From: Marsupella aquatica
Taxonomy: Eukaryota; Plantae; Marchantiophyta
DNA: 64,000 nt
Assembly: GCA_973895155.1 (NCBI GenBank)
Contig: OZ316896.1
Coordinates: 16,728,754-16,792,753, forward strand
Direction of reading: 5' to 3'
Under the pieces are notes generated by a model, which worked only from the letters and a program-made list of their open reading frames with translations, ran no database searches and was not told the DNA's origin. The translations under genes and the position numbers were made by a program. Below are positions 11,658-24,452 of this stretch, one piece after another. Numbering within the stretch: the first letter of the stretch is position 1; each line of letters opens with the position of its first letter.

Positions 11658-14629
11658 ATGGGAAAGCTCCGGAGCGGGCTGAGGGGATGGAGTGAAGATG
11701 TGGCAGAGTTGTTGAGGATCGCAATAACATCCCTGTTCTCTGGCCTCGTCGCGGTATCACACAGCTTCTTTACCGGAGAACCTCTAACCGAACGGGAATT
11801 GGAGTTCGTTCTGGGGCTGCTGTTCGGGGTAGTACTGGTTTCTGCTGCTGCAGCCAGATGGGGAGTTCTTGCTCAGTTTCTGGTGGGGCTCATCATCGGA
11901 GTGGTCATGATGGCGGCATGGGAGCAGATGATGGAGAAGAGGAGCCGTGGGCGCTCCACCATAGCCGGCAATGTGGCTCTCCTCGGAGGAACAAACTCGA
12001 AAGCATATGCAGGTTTAATGAGATTACTGTCGCGTTTTCTTTGAGCTTCCCACTGTAGTCCTCAAATTAGGCTGCCTTTAATACAATTGGTTCCCAAAAA
12101 CTGTTCATTCTAAGCAGGGAGCTGGGACACACTAGCTTGCAATTCCGGCTGGACAAACTAGCAGATCAGAGATTTGACCATGATTCGAGTAAAACATTTG
12201 AAGAATTGTGTCAAATAAGCAGATCCTTGGAAAGAGACTGAATGTTCCAGTAATGGACTTGAGGAATATGATCAAATTCTGTATTAAACGAAGGTTAAAC
12301 TAAAAGAATTGAAGAGTTTCAGAATTCTTGTAAAGTTAGAACCCCTTCCTAACACCGTATTCGAACGAAGTTCTCAGGGTCGACTTCTGTGCTAAATTTC
12401 GTTTGCCTCGCTTCGAGATCTTAACTTGAAGCCGATTGCCTGCTCTCCTGGAGGGTAGGGTATGAACGGGTGGAATGGGTGAACAGGTTGTTGATGAAGG
12501 CTTGGCCATACGTGATCTCGGCAACGGAGTTTGCACGCCCAAGCATCCGCGATTGCTTGGAGCCTTTGCTCGAGAAATATCGGCTGGGAGTTTATCAAGT
12601 GATCCGAGAGCAGCCGGATATCCAACGGGTCGCGAAGTATATCCCCGGAGAGGAAGTCATTACTTCACTTCATATCAATGCTATCTCAATAGGAACAACT
12701 CCTCCGACAATCGAAGGTCCACAAGCTCCATCTCCCGTCTTCCTAAGTTTCTAATGGTTCAAATTCGAATGTAAAGCAGAACACCTTGCCTCCTGAGTAA
12801 ATCGAAGACTTCGCTGTTGGTGAATTCTGCAGCTTTCATAGGCTTCCAGCTGCATCGTGAAAAACTGGTGTTGCGTGTAACATTAGGATGTCTTTCCTAA
12901 GGTCCTTGTACTTGTAATGAAGGTTTGAAGATCCAGAGCTTGAAAGAAGGAAAGATTATCTGCAATGTCCGAATGAAATGGCAGAGTGACGCTCATATCA
13001 CTCTTGGCGTGGGCACAGTCACTGGAATAGTCCCAATCATTCTTGAAAACTTGAAGATTGTGACAACAGTTCGAGTAACTCTTCGGATCACGGAGGCTCT
13101 ACCCTTGGTGGCTGCAATTGTTGTCGCCATTCCGGCCGAACGCAAGCCAATTATCGACTTCAAGTTGTCAGTGGTCGAATCCCCAACAACAGTACTTCGA
13201 GTTGTCACTAAGCAATTACGAAACATAGTCACAAATTTCATCCTCGACACCTTTCTGTGGCCACATCGCTTTGTTCTTCCCATCATACCACCAAGCAAGG
13301 TACGACATTTCTTGCCCTGTACTCTACTACATGCTTCGTAATGCGGGAACTGAAGTATGGACTCCAGGAGAAGTTCAAAGACGAGGGAGAACCTCATACG
13401 GAAATGTATTGGTGGTGCTTTTATAGTTAGTCTCGATCTTCTGCAAAACACATGAAATCCTTGCTTACGACCCGTTCCTGCTTTAGCTTGGAGGACCTTT
13501 GGTGAATGAGTCTTCATGGTGGTACCACCAATCATGAGGGTCAGAGCTCCTTGATTCAGTAGAAATCGATTGCGATGAAATTGCAAATAGTGATAAACTT
13601 GGGTTCGGAGAAACGGCTTTCTTTCGGTTCCTTGATTAGGACAAAGGATTCACAAGCTGAAGATCTATGCTCACTTGCAAGTAGCCTGAGCATCCTATTT
13701 CGCACTTGAACAATATATGTACTTTAGAATGATATCAACATGTTCAAGTTCATCTTGTACTTAAAGTTTTGCATCAACATCAGGCACTTGATCTGAGCGA
13801 CTTGTACCTGAGGCTACATGGTCAACTTTCAGTGACCGTCATCAAGGGCGGAAATCTTGTCAACCTGTACCCTTACGTGACCATCTACTGCAGACCTGAG
13901 TTCAAAGTGAGGACCAGGTCCATCGAGAATACCCACGATCCAACGTGGAATGAAGAGTTCATTCTGAATGTGGAGGATCAAAAGACACAGAGCGTGAATT
14001 TTCAGGTCAGTTCTACTATCTGAGAATATAGTCTAAAGCCCTCTCACTTTCACTATATGAGATGTCGCAAAAATTGAGATGTCGCAAAAATTCCTTAAAC
14101 AACTGACAAGTTCACAACTAGTACACTAGCATCGGGAAACTTCCTGGGACTTGATGTAATCATCAACAATGCAGACGCACTCTCGAATTCATTGTCTCAT
14201 GTTACCAAAATCATGTTCATAATGTTGGCAGTACCATTAAATGTACTACCAATCTTTCAATCCTGTGCCTCAATTATTTGTATCACTAAAGGTTGCCACT
14301 GGCAGGTTTTGAACGAGAACAAAGGAGCTGATGAGCTGTTGGGTACGGTTGCGTATCCACTCAAAGACTTGGTTCTAGATAGAGATGTGGAGCTCCAGTT
14401 AGATGTAAAGCCAAGGAAGAAGAAGGCTTACGCTGAAGGAGAAGGAGAAGGAGAAGTTGGAGAAAAGAAACCGTTTAGCAGTCTCACTGTCGAGCTTAGG
14501 TATCACATATACACAGATTTGGAACGAGAAGCTGCCACTAAAGATGAGGAGGAGTTGATCAAGGTTTTGGCTACACCCGATGAGCCAGGATCCTACACGA
14601 CAGCCATAGATTTGATGCATCCTTATTAG
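11658..14629 (+). CDS. Synaptotagmin-like SMP + single C2 protein, CLB1/SYT7 (NTMC2T4)-like, divergent. Exons 11658-12012, 12459-12716, 12923-13299, 13784-14005, 14306-14629 (~511 aa)
   Basis: N-terminal hydrophobic anchor; SMP motifs YERVEWVNRLLMKAWPYV, PPTIEGLKIQSLKEG and FLWPHRFVLPI; C2 region GQLSVTVIKG...PEFKVRTRSIENTHDPTWNEEF...EDQKTQS. All four introns are GT-AG with consistent phases. Confidence 0.85.
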
Positions 14630-16015
14630 TCGGTTGAAGACGACCCTCTGTTCCAAGTATAACTCCAAGGGAGGTTCCCCTGCCTCTCTTGACTCAATCG
14701 TGGAATGTAAATACAGTAATATATAATGCCCTTTCGTTCTGAATGTCTGTACATCTATTCTGGCAGAGAGCCTCCTTGTTTCTTTTTTACAAAATGTTAT
14801 TCTGGCAGGAAGCTTTCCTTGTTTCTTTCTCAACGTCTGTTTACAAAATGTTACCTTCCCCGTTTCTTTCTCAATGTCTGTTTACAAAAATGAACGCTTT
14901 TTTATGGCAGGAAGTCTCCTTGGCCATACAATGATGGTGACATTTTTTCTTTCGCCTTGCCTCCACATCCAATGGAACCCACCATGAATGAAAGGGTAGT
15001 AGGACCCAAAAGATCATCCTTTAAAGTACAATGCTGGAGACAAAACAGTATTCATAAGTAGATATCGACCTATCTCTGCCGTGTAGACATCATGCGCAAG
15101 CAAAAGCTGGCTCTGCTCCGCATCCTTTTGTGCGGAAATGAATGTTCTTCAATTGACAACTCCATGTTCCAACGCAGATGGTGCATCCATATCAGATAAC
15201 GCTATAGTAAGAGAATGGAATGACGAGCATGCACATCTTTGACGATACAAGGAGCAAGAAATTTTTGACTGTCGCTTTCCATTAGAAGCACAGACATGTG
15301 AAACACATATTACCATGATGTACTCTCAAATGTGACCTTCTATCACTATCATGACCATGAACAAGAAAGTACTGCGGATAACAGCACTGCTCCACCAAGG
15401 CATCAATCTTGACTCTCGATCTCATTCAAAACTCGCTTGGGCCGATACAACTCTTCTCGGTTACTTTTGCTTATGCTGTTGGATGCCGTCAAGACAAAAG
15501 TGTCTCCCGTTTGCAGCTCGATACTGTAGCTTCCTTGCGAATGCCATGCCAGCTATAAGCCGCCAGGGAGTCAATTTGCACCTCAAGATTCGTTATGAGA
15601 TGGGTCGGTACCAATAGCCTGCTGTAAACCCAGATCACTATCAGTTAGGGCTAAAGCTGGTTCATTATCTTGTACAGAAGAGCCCCCGAAAAGTATCATA
15701 AGCTCCAACCAAAGAAGTGGACAGATTATGGGAGATCTTACTCGAACGCATAGGAAAGAGAAAAGAAGCTCACTAAAAGCAAAAACACAGAGAAGCAGAA
15801 TCCAATTCAGATTGCCTACTCCAACAAGAATCAGCCAATTTCTTCTCCTATCATTTCAGACAGCAAAGTACCCGCGCTCCCAAATGGCAGAGGTTAAAGA
15901 ATATCATTGAAAAGAGAAAACGATTCATGTCTGACTTTCATTTCTTCAGCAAGGACAGAAAAACTTCCCCCAGATGTTGCAGCCCTCCCAAGTCCCAAAA
16001 AGTTTGAACGAGAAA

Positions 16016-16453
16016 TCAACGATGGCTGGATAGTAACGAGCGACGGAGAATGGAACTACAAAAACAAGACTTGGGAGAGAGGAAGCGAGGGAGAGAGCGT
16101 GCCTTCAAACACTGGCTTTGGCAGCGCCGCATACAAATGTCGTTCCAGTTCGGCACGTGATGAGCATTGGCACAAACGGATCGACTACAAGCGTCCGCAC
16201 AAGCATCCACTTCGGAGACGCCACAGACCGTCACACAAGTGTCTGGAGTGGGGTCTTTCGAGAACGCTCCCACGCGATTCAGCATTCGTTTCGACGTGCA
16301 TACCCTCTCGCACACGAACGAATCTGTGGAGCTGCTCTTGCTATCCCGCGCTCTCAATTGCTCCTCCTCGGACACTCCCCGTGTGCGCACCACCTGCCTC
16401 GCCACCAAGGCTGGCACCACCGTCCCCACCACCCCCCACCACCACTCTACCAT
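16016..16453 (-). CDS. Conserved plant uncharacterised Cys-rich small protein (At5g64816-like), 145 aa
   Basis: MVEWWW...FVCERVCTSKRML..VGAFSKDP.PDTCVTVCGVSE.DACADAC...VPNWNDIC.RRCQS.CLK matches the At5g64816 family as I recall it; probable 5'-UTR intron ~16560-16869 (GTGAGT...GCAG). Confidence 0.85.
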   Translation of the reverse strand: MVEWWWGVVGTVVPALVARQVVRTRGVSEEEQLRARDSKSSSTDSFVCERVCTSKRMLNRVGAFSKDPTPDTCVTVCGVSEVDACADACSRSVCANAHHVPNWNDICMRRCQSQCLKARSLPRFLSPKSCFCSSILRRSLLSSHR

Positions 16454-18075
16454 TCTTCCCTCTCCACAGAATTCTCTCGCAGCGTTTCCAAAACCCTCAA
16501 TCGATCAACAGGTCCGCAGTGGAGGAATTTTCCCCTCTACCTTTCTCAATCCCTAAAATCTGCGAAGCAAAATTGTTCCCACAATTCAGGCCGATTCTCA
16601 AAACAACAAGAGACTCTTCCGAGTGCGGCAGCAGCACCGTCGCCCACACCTCCCTTACAGAGCGAGGGAAGGGATGGACGGAAAGATGAGGAAGGATTCA
16701 GAGTCCCCGAAACTGCGTAGTTTCTCGATTGCTCTCCTCTGTTCCGCTCTGCTCTGCTCTGTTCTGCTTTGTTTTGCTCCGCTCTGCGCCCTCCTGTCTG
16801 TGTGGTGAGGATTCTCACTAGAAATCGGAGAGAGCAAATGCAACATAGGAAGAAGGAAGCCTCACTCACGCCATATCCGGAGGAGGCTTCGGGCTTCGTC
16901 AATCCGATTGTCGATGAAATCCGTCGTTCATGATCTGCATGTGCCTGTGAGACGGAAAGAGTGAATTTGTAGGAGGGGCGAGAGAGGGGTTTGGAGAGGG
17001 TTTTTAAGGGTTTTACTTTTTCGCCAGAGTGCAGAATGTTCCTTATGTGATGATTTTCCTGACCGTCAGATCTCCCTAGATTTAAAGCTGACAGTTAGAT
17101 TCTGGCTAATGGGGCCTGTGATTAGGTGGGACACTGGGCTGAAGAGACAGAAAAATACTATAGTATTTTGGCTAAAGTGGCAAAAGCTTTTGGGGGAGGT
17201 GGAATTTGGCAAATTTTTGCCACTGAAAAATTCCCTGGTTTGGAGATTGGCGTCACAATCTTGTTGGCTCCTTGGAACCGGGGCAAGGTTCCATGAGAGA
17301 TGAATGGCCAGGCAGGCAAGCCCCTCCATCCAGGCACAGTTAGGGCCATCTTGCATATGCAAGGTCCTTTGCTTTCTGGCTCTCAAGTGAGCTTGTGGCA
17401 AATTGAAACACAAAAATAGTTAGGCAGTCCGGACGGCATATTTGGTGGAGAAGCAAGGGCAAGGGCCATAAATTTTCCAGCCCTTGGGGTCCCTAACCTT
17501 CAAAAGGGAATAAAACAAAAATTTCAGACTCGTAGCACACTGTAGAATGGAGGGGTGAAACAACAAAGAGACACGGGAGTGAGTGGGACCGTTACACCTA
17601 TTTCCTTCACTGATTATGTGCAGACTTGAGTTCTCACTTTTTTGCAACAATTTTGGGCTGGTAAAAGCAGTTTTTTTTTTAAGCCCTTGCACATGCAAGA
17701 CAGCCCTTATCACAATTATCCTTGAGTCTAATAGGGCGTGTCAAATAGTGCCAAGGAGGTCAACTGGTTTTATGGCAGGGACAACAAAATTATGGGCTAC
17801 CCAATATGGGCTACCTAAAGCAGGGTTTTAGGAAAGGTATTACACAGTCCAAAGAGGCACCTAGGATCATCCAGCATAAGATTGTCAACGTTGCAGCTAA
17901 CCATGAGGATCTAGAGTCAATTATTCAGTTGTTGTGATGGGGACCCAAAAAAGGCCCCAGAATATGATGTCTGCAATACTATGTATTTTATACTAAGTTG
18001 CATGTTTCACTTGTTGTGATGAGGCCCACAAAGACACCAAATGCATTGTCAGGTATATGTACTATACTTACTATT

Positions 18076-18130
18076 CAGGTCAGGTCAGGTCAGGTCAGGT
18101 CAGGTCAGGTCAGGTCAGGTCAGGTCAGGT
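18076..18130. repeat. (CAGGT)11 microsatellite
   Basis: Direct reading. Confidence 0.97.
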
Positions 18131-18630
18131 TGTAGAAGACAAGAGTGACTTTGAACACAATGGGTTTCATATGCAGATGGGGCTCTAGTATTAATTGTTT
18201 TCAACTTTACTCTATTGTTCCTAAAGGGCGAAAATTCTTCAACCAGATATTTGTTTATGTGTAGTAATGTGTAGTTTTGGTACATTACCTTCAACAAAAT
18301 AAGCCGTGATTGCATCCTAACAATATATTTGGTTCTCAGACTTATATAAGTAGAATATAGTGGGGGAGCTAGGCTGCCAAAAACTGTTGTTGACAATGCC
18401 GAAAGATTGTGGAAAGTTCTTCGAAAATGTTTGTTTCACGGTCTATTTTTGCCCTGTTCAATGAAGGGAAAAGACTAATTTACATAACAAGGGCCCAAGA
18501 AAGTACAAGGGAGAAAGGACCAATTCTCAAAAAAAGGGCCCAAGAAAGGACAAGGGAGAAAACCCGAACAAGGTCCGAAGAGGACAAACACAGACCCCAA
18601 AAAACTTATTCACTTGATTCTCGCCTTCCA

Positions 18631-18962
18631 CATTGCTTCCCACACAAAGCATTTTATAGCGCTACCTACAGTGTCACTAGGACGAAGCTAGTGATGGAGA
18701 TCAAATCAGATCTACACTTCCTTTCAACGTTGATGAGATACATTGCTTCGACACCATGCATATTTCAGCACTACCTACAGTATGTCACTCTGACGAAGTT
18801 GGATCATGGAGATCAAATCAGATCAAGACTTCCTTCAACGTCGATGACATACATTGCTTCCGTTACCATGCATTTTATAGCGCTACCCACAGTATGTCAC
18901 TCAGACGAAACTGCGTGATGGAGATCAAATCAGATCAAGACTTCCTTCCACGTCGATGACAT
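18631..18962. repeat. Tandem repeat, ~110-bp unit x3
   Basis: CATTGCTTC...CTACC(T/C)ACAGT...GTCACT...GACGAA...ATGGAGATCAAATCAGATC...CTTCCTT...CGT(T/C)GATGA occurs three times, downstream of DHQS. Confidence 0.9.
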
Positions 18963-19637
18963 CTAGAGTCATTATCCTTTGACTGGAGCTAGATCGCTCC
19001 CAGGGTAAGTTGCTATGCGAACAAAGAAATCACAAAGATATCGTTTTTGGGCCAATGTAACTTTCGTTCAATGGACTAACCCGCTGCATCACATGCTACC
19101 GTAGTTCCCATCCTTTAATAAACAGACACTTCTTGTCTATGAACGAGATGAGAAGTTTACCAAAGATTTGGACGGCTATGTTCAGACAGCCAACGCCCGT
19201 TCACCTCCAATTACCATTCCAGTCCAGATAGATCAACGAAAGGAAGTCACCAATCCATTGAGAAATAAGCAACACATTTCCTTTGACTGGGCCAAAGTGG
19301 TTGACCTTGCCCAGCCCCTCGAAAAACTCACATCATGAAATTTTCACATTTCAGCAAGTACCTTCCACCAAGAGGGAGAAGAATAGGTTGAAATACACCA
19401 CTGGTGAGTGGTTTCTACAATTCATAAGAAAACAAAGTACCCTAAGTGCATTGAACAATGCAAGATCCGATGTCAGGGGCTTGAGCAGAGTTACATATGC
19501 AGGGAAAGATTTAAAAATCGTGATTAACACACCGATATTTACAACCAATTGGCTCACTACTGTCGGTGGCGAAAGAATCCATGGAAAGTAAGAGAAACCC
19601 ATCATCCTGAGATGCACTCGGTGCCTGAAGTATACAT

Positions 19638-22600
19638 TCAAGGTCGACAAAAAGTATAAAGAGTCTCCTCCAAAGCTGCCGGGTCATAGTTCCCAGTAAA
19701 TACACAATTCCCAAGAGGACCTTTCAAGAGAATCAGACGTAGAAGACCATCTGCTACTTTCTTGTCTACCTGCAGATATCAAGAATACTTTGTTAAACTC
19801 AAGTTCGCGATGACTCGCAAAGGAAAACTCCCAAACATCCTAGAAATCCAAACGAGCTATAAACTGGGTTTCAACTCTAGAATGTCAAGTTTCCCGCTCC
19901 AAAAGCAAGTTGGGGACTCTTAAAGTCGGCATCTTGTTTCCAGTAGTCCATCACAACAAGGAGTTCCTGGAGCTCCGGCTAGTAAACATATCAAGGGAGA
20001 ACATATCAACTTCAGCAATCTGAGGACTCACCGCCATGATTTCTTTGAACGCTTGGACATCCATGCAGCCTGGGGGTGCAATAGGCAACCTAGCTCTCTT
20101 TGTCAGTTCAAGGGTCCTGTCAAAGAGGGCCTGATCAATCCACCCCATTTTCAGAGACATGTGTGCAGACATTATCTGTACCCAGCCATCATTTATACAA
20201 GTTAGCACTAGCGACAAAATCCATTCCGTGAACATGACCTACTAACGGAGAATTGAAGTACAGTACCTACAATCTTGTCGTATATTAGTCGATCACTCCG
20301 AGAATTTTCCTTACCTTATACTGTCCCCATCTTACTTCTCTAGAATATTTGATCCAAAAATGCTTCAAAGTATAGCTATTACGTCAATTGTGGGCATAGT
20401 CCCAATTGGGATGTGTCTTTCTTGTTAGTGGCCTTCCGTGAAAGATATAACGAACTCTTAAGTATACTTTGGAGAATACTGATTTTGAGCTCGAGAGCTC
20501 CCTCAAGACTCACAGAAAAGCCATTTCCACCGGGGATACCGAAACAGAGGTGATGAGGAAATCATGTATACTCGAAGTTGTCTGAATCTGGACTCCAACA
20601 TTCTCCAAAGAGCACACAAATCCCTTAAAACTACTAGTTAACCAGGTTTCCAGAGACTAGCTGACGCACCAACACCGGGATTGGCACCGGGATACGATAT
20701 AGCTTACCGTGCCTGCACCAATAGCCTCTCCATGAAGCCAAACTCCATAACCAGTTCCAGTTTCGATAGCCTGTTCCATGTATCATAAGAAATCCGTTTC
20801 GGTGAATAGAAACTAACAACCAGGTTCAATGAGTCAATTAATCCAGTAAGCTACATCTATCTTTTCATCTTGATATATTACAACTGGTATTTATCATCAC
20901 GTGATTTACTCGGCAGATCTTTCATACATGCTATTTCCAGTGTTTTGAACAATCTGTTAGATAGCTTACGTGTCCAAAGGTGTGGCCCAAATTCAAGGTA
21001 GCCCTGACACCTCCTTCTCTTTCGTCTAATGCGACAACTTCTGCCTTGTTTTCACAGGATCGCTTGACCGCGTAGACAAGTGCACTTGTATCTCTGTAAG
21101 CATAGGAAAAAATCAATTGCAGGGATATCCCAAAAAAGATACCTTATCAATTGAAGAGAGACCAATTGAAGAGAGACCAATTGCAGAGATATCCCCTTAA
21201 CCCTAAATTCCTTCACTTGAAAGCAGGCTCGATCTTGAAACTCACCTGGCCAAAATTGCTTCCATGTTCTTCTCGATCCATTCAAAGAAGGCGGCATCCC
21301 GTATGAGCCCATACTTAATAACTTCCCCAACGCCTGACGCAAGTTCTCTATCAGGCAATGTGTTCAGGGTGTCTGTATCTATCAGCACAGCTTGTGGCTG
21401 GTAAAACGCTCCGATCATGTTTTTCCCTAGAGTATGATTCACACCTGTCTTTCCTCCAACAGAGGAATCAACCTGCTCTCCATACAATACAACTAATGTG
21501 AGGTGACTGATCCACGACAGACTAATGCTCATTAAATTGTACATCAAACGGTTACCATAATCGACCAAACCTATTCGTGAAATCGATTTGCATAAAAACA
21601 CATTGGCCCGTTATTTACAAGTGGTCACATGATGAGCACGACACATCGACATGTCAGTCAACAAACAAAGGAGACGTAACATCTGGAAGTGTTGTAGAGG
21701 ACCAGAGTTCGTCAGCAAGACCTGAGCCATAAGTGTAGTTGGTATTTGTATGAAATTGACCCCTCGCAGGTATGAAGCAGCAGCATACCCGCACATGTCA
21801 CCAATGACACCGCCACCTAAAGCTATGAAAGTGCATCGTCTGTCCATTCTTGTCAGGATGGCCTTATCGTAAACCTTCATTAACGTTTCCTGGACACGTA
21901 AACACAGCCATTTCGTCAGTCCTATTAGTTTGTAGAAACGAAGTCCAGTCCCGATTATAGTTTCTGCCGGATAAAGGTTTAGGTCAATGCGGAATAAGAA
22001 GTAAGAAGTACATATGCATGTATCGTTTCATTCTTTCACTTTGTGTGTAGGGAGAAGGTGGCCCCTGAGACAAAACAAATCTACCAACGAACTATCGACT
22101 TCAACATTCACAGATCCCTTCGCAGTGCAGAGCTTAACTTAGTTCTTCTTTCGCAGGCTTTGAGCAGACCTCCATTTTTTCTTCACTGAATTAGAACAAA
22201 ACTTGGCCCCAACCACTATCCAGCATGCATGTTTAAGAAAGATCTCGGATAAAAAACTACCAAGTTTGAGGAGACCCACAAAAAGTTTGGACTGACGCTG
22301 AAATCAAATCGAATTTTTATGTGCGAAGTAAAACTTCTGCTTCATTTAAAGATAGTTACGTCCCATCTAGTGGTCAGAATAACGGAATTCCGAGATGAGC
22401 AGCTTTTAATAAGCTCATCACTAAGCTCTGCTTCCCTCTTACGTTGAAAATGCAGAGAACCAAAATAAATGCACACTCACCGGGGATTGAAAGACTGCTT
22501 AGCAAACTGAAAGATCAAACCTCTGTACAAAATTTTCCGAAGTGAATGGACGACCTCCGTAATTCAATGATATGAAGAAAAAGACTTACCATATTCTTGT

Positions 22601-23393
22601 ATTGCTCTCCATCAGGCAAAATGACGCTTTCAACTTGAACACTGAAACCCCCATGCTTCAACGCTGCAATTGTCTTCTCCAAATACAACGGCGCGATGGT
22701 TTCGTTGGTCACAATCAAGACCTTCTTTCCGTGTACATGCCTGCCCAGAACACAATGCTATTAACTATCGGGAAGTAAGCCATCTGACGGAGGATTTCAA
22801 AAACACCTCCATACGATCATAATGCTTTGGAACAATAAAACTGAAAATTCAGTGCACAGTAGCCTATATAATTCGCCAAACCGAACACCATCTTATCCTC
22901 TCGCGCAGAAATCATCACAATGCAAAGTGCGTCAGTCATATAATGAAAGCTATTTGCAATCCTGAACCGCATCACGGCAAATCACGTACTTCTGGAGCAG
23001 CTCCGGCCGATCGAGGACACCCTTCCCAATGTAGATCGGGTAGCTCCGATCTCCCAACTCCACATCTACGATAATGTATTCCTCACTGGGAGCCGCAACC
23101 ACATCCTCCAAAACCTGCGCTGCTTGTGCTCGAGCCCCTGCTGCCGGTGACACACTCCTCACACCCTCCATTCTCACCTTCCCTTTACAGCTTCCAGCCA
23201 AAATCGAACACCCCTCGCTGGCCAAAAACGACGAGGAGGCATTCGACGAGAAACAAATGCTCGATCCTCCTCGACGCAAGCCGAAACTGATGGCCCTGGG
23301 AGTATCCACCGCGACTCGACTCCCTCCTGCTCCTGCTCCTGCTGCATTCCCAGCCACTGAAGAAATTGCTCTAATCCCGACCACAGTCTCCAT
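19638..23393 (-). CDS. DHQS: 3-dehydroquinate synthase, chloroplastic (shikimate pathway). Exons 23393-22990, 22740-22590, 21889-21722, 21472-21246, 21093-20970, 20770-20708, 20175-20032, 19769-19638 (~470 aa)
   Basis: Ser/Ala-rich transit peptide; [71 protein letters not shown] and VDKKVADG motifs; seven GT-AG introns give an open spliced frame. Confidence 0.97.
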
Positions 23394-24019
23394 GACTCCA
23401 ATTCGCACCTCCACCGGCGAATTGCTCAACAATCGTCAATCGACAACCACCGAAATGTCGAGAAGAACGACGCCGCTATCTCTCTCGAATTCCCGTTGCT
23501 GAAATTCCTCCTCGAGAAATCGCTCGCGCCCCGAGAAGGAAGAATTCCAAAGCTCCACCGTTTGACTCATTCTCTCCCTCATCAAGTTCGCCATCTCTCC
23601 TCTTCCGCATCGAAACGTGGAAATTGCGTCCGTCCGTCAGTCTCAGTGCCGGGAACTCGGACCCCTCCCTTTTCCGCACTTCGCGGGAAGATTCGATCTT
23701 ACATTGAGAATGATCATGACCCGTCGATGTAAAGCTTGGACGATGCAGATGAGACGACGCTGAGGGGAATCTCGAAAGGCGAAACTAACGGACGGACGGA
23801 CGAAAGGTTGTGAAACTAAGGCGTGAGGTGGATGGACGGACGGATTGCGGAGCCAGGAATCGCACGTGACATTTGAGGGCCCTCCTTTACCCACCATACA
23901 ACTCGTGCTGACTGACGGAACGAGAATGCGAGCCACTCATATTGTCCAGTCCACCCTGCATAAGTGCAATCTTTCTTGCACTTATACATTTTTTTTCACT
24001 TATGCATATGCCGATAATG

Positions 24020-24452
24020 CATTTATACACGGTTTGCACTATGCCATGAGTGTGAATGAATCAAACTTGCACTTATACATGGTTTGCACTATGTTATAAG
24101 TGCCAAGGACTCATTATACACTGTTTGCACTATGCCATGAGTGCAGATTAATCAAAGTTGCAGTTATACATGGTTTGCACCATGGCATAAGTGCCAATGA
24201 ATCACTTACACACCATTTGCACTATGCTATGAGAGTGAATGAATCAAACGTGCACTTATGGATGGTTTGCACTACGCCATAAGTGTGAATGAATTTCTTA
24301 TACCGGTTTTGCACTATTCATAACAGTGAATGAATCGCTTATAAACTGTTTGCACTATGCCAGAAGTGTGAATGAACCACTTATACACTGTTTGCACTAT
24401 GCCATAAGCGTGAAGGAATCAGACTTGCAATTACACATTGTTTGCACTCTGT
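24020..24452. repeat. Minisatellite, ~10 units of ~50 or ~42 bp, upstream of DHQS
   Basis: Core TTATACA...TTTGCACTATGCCAT(G/A)AGTGTGAATGAATC is repeated; long units add a ~9-bp AAACTTGCA-like segment. Confidence 0.92.

Noticed and set aside
15907-16720. Three overlapping plus-strand ORFs (260, 200 and 129 aa)
   Set aside because: They are antisense shadows of the conserved minus-strand gene in GC-rich sequence and have no recognisable motifs
19638-23393. Bacterial aroB contamination or recent horizontal transfer
   Set aside because: Seven spliceosomal introns and a transit peptide mark it as the ordinary plant nuclear DHQS
24020-24452. CRISPR-like repeat/spacer appearance
   Set aside because: The inter-core sequences are homologous to each other, the cores are degenerate, no cas genes are present and the context is eukaryotic; it is a minisatellite
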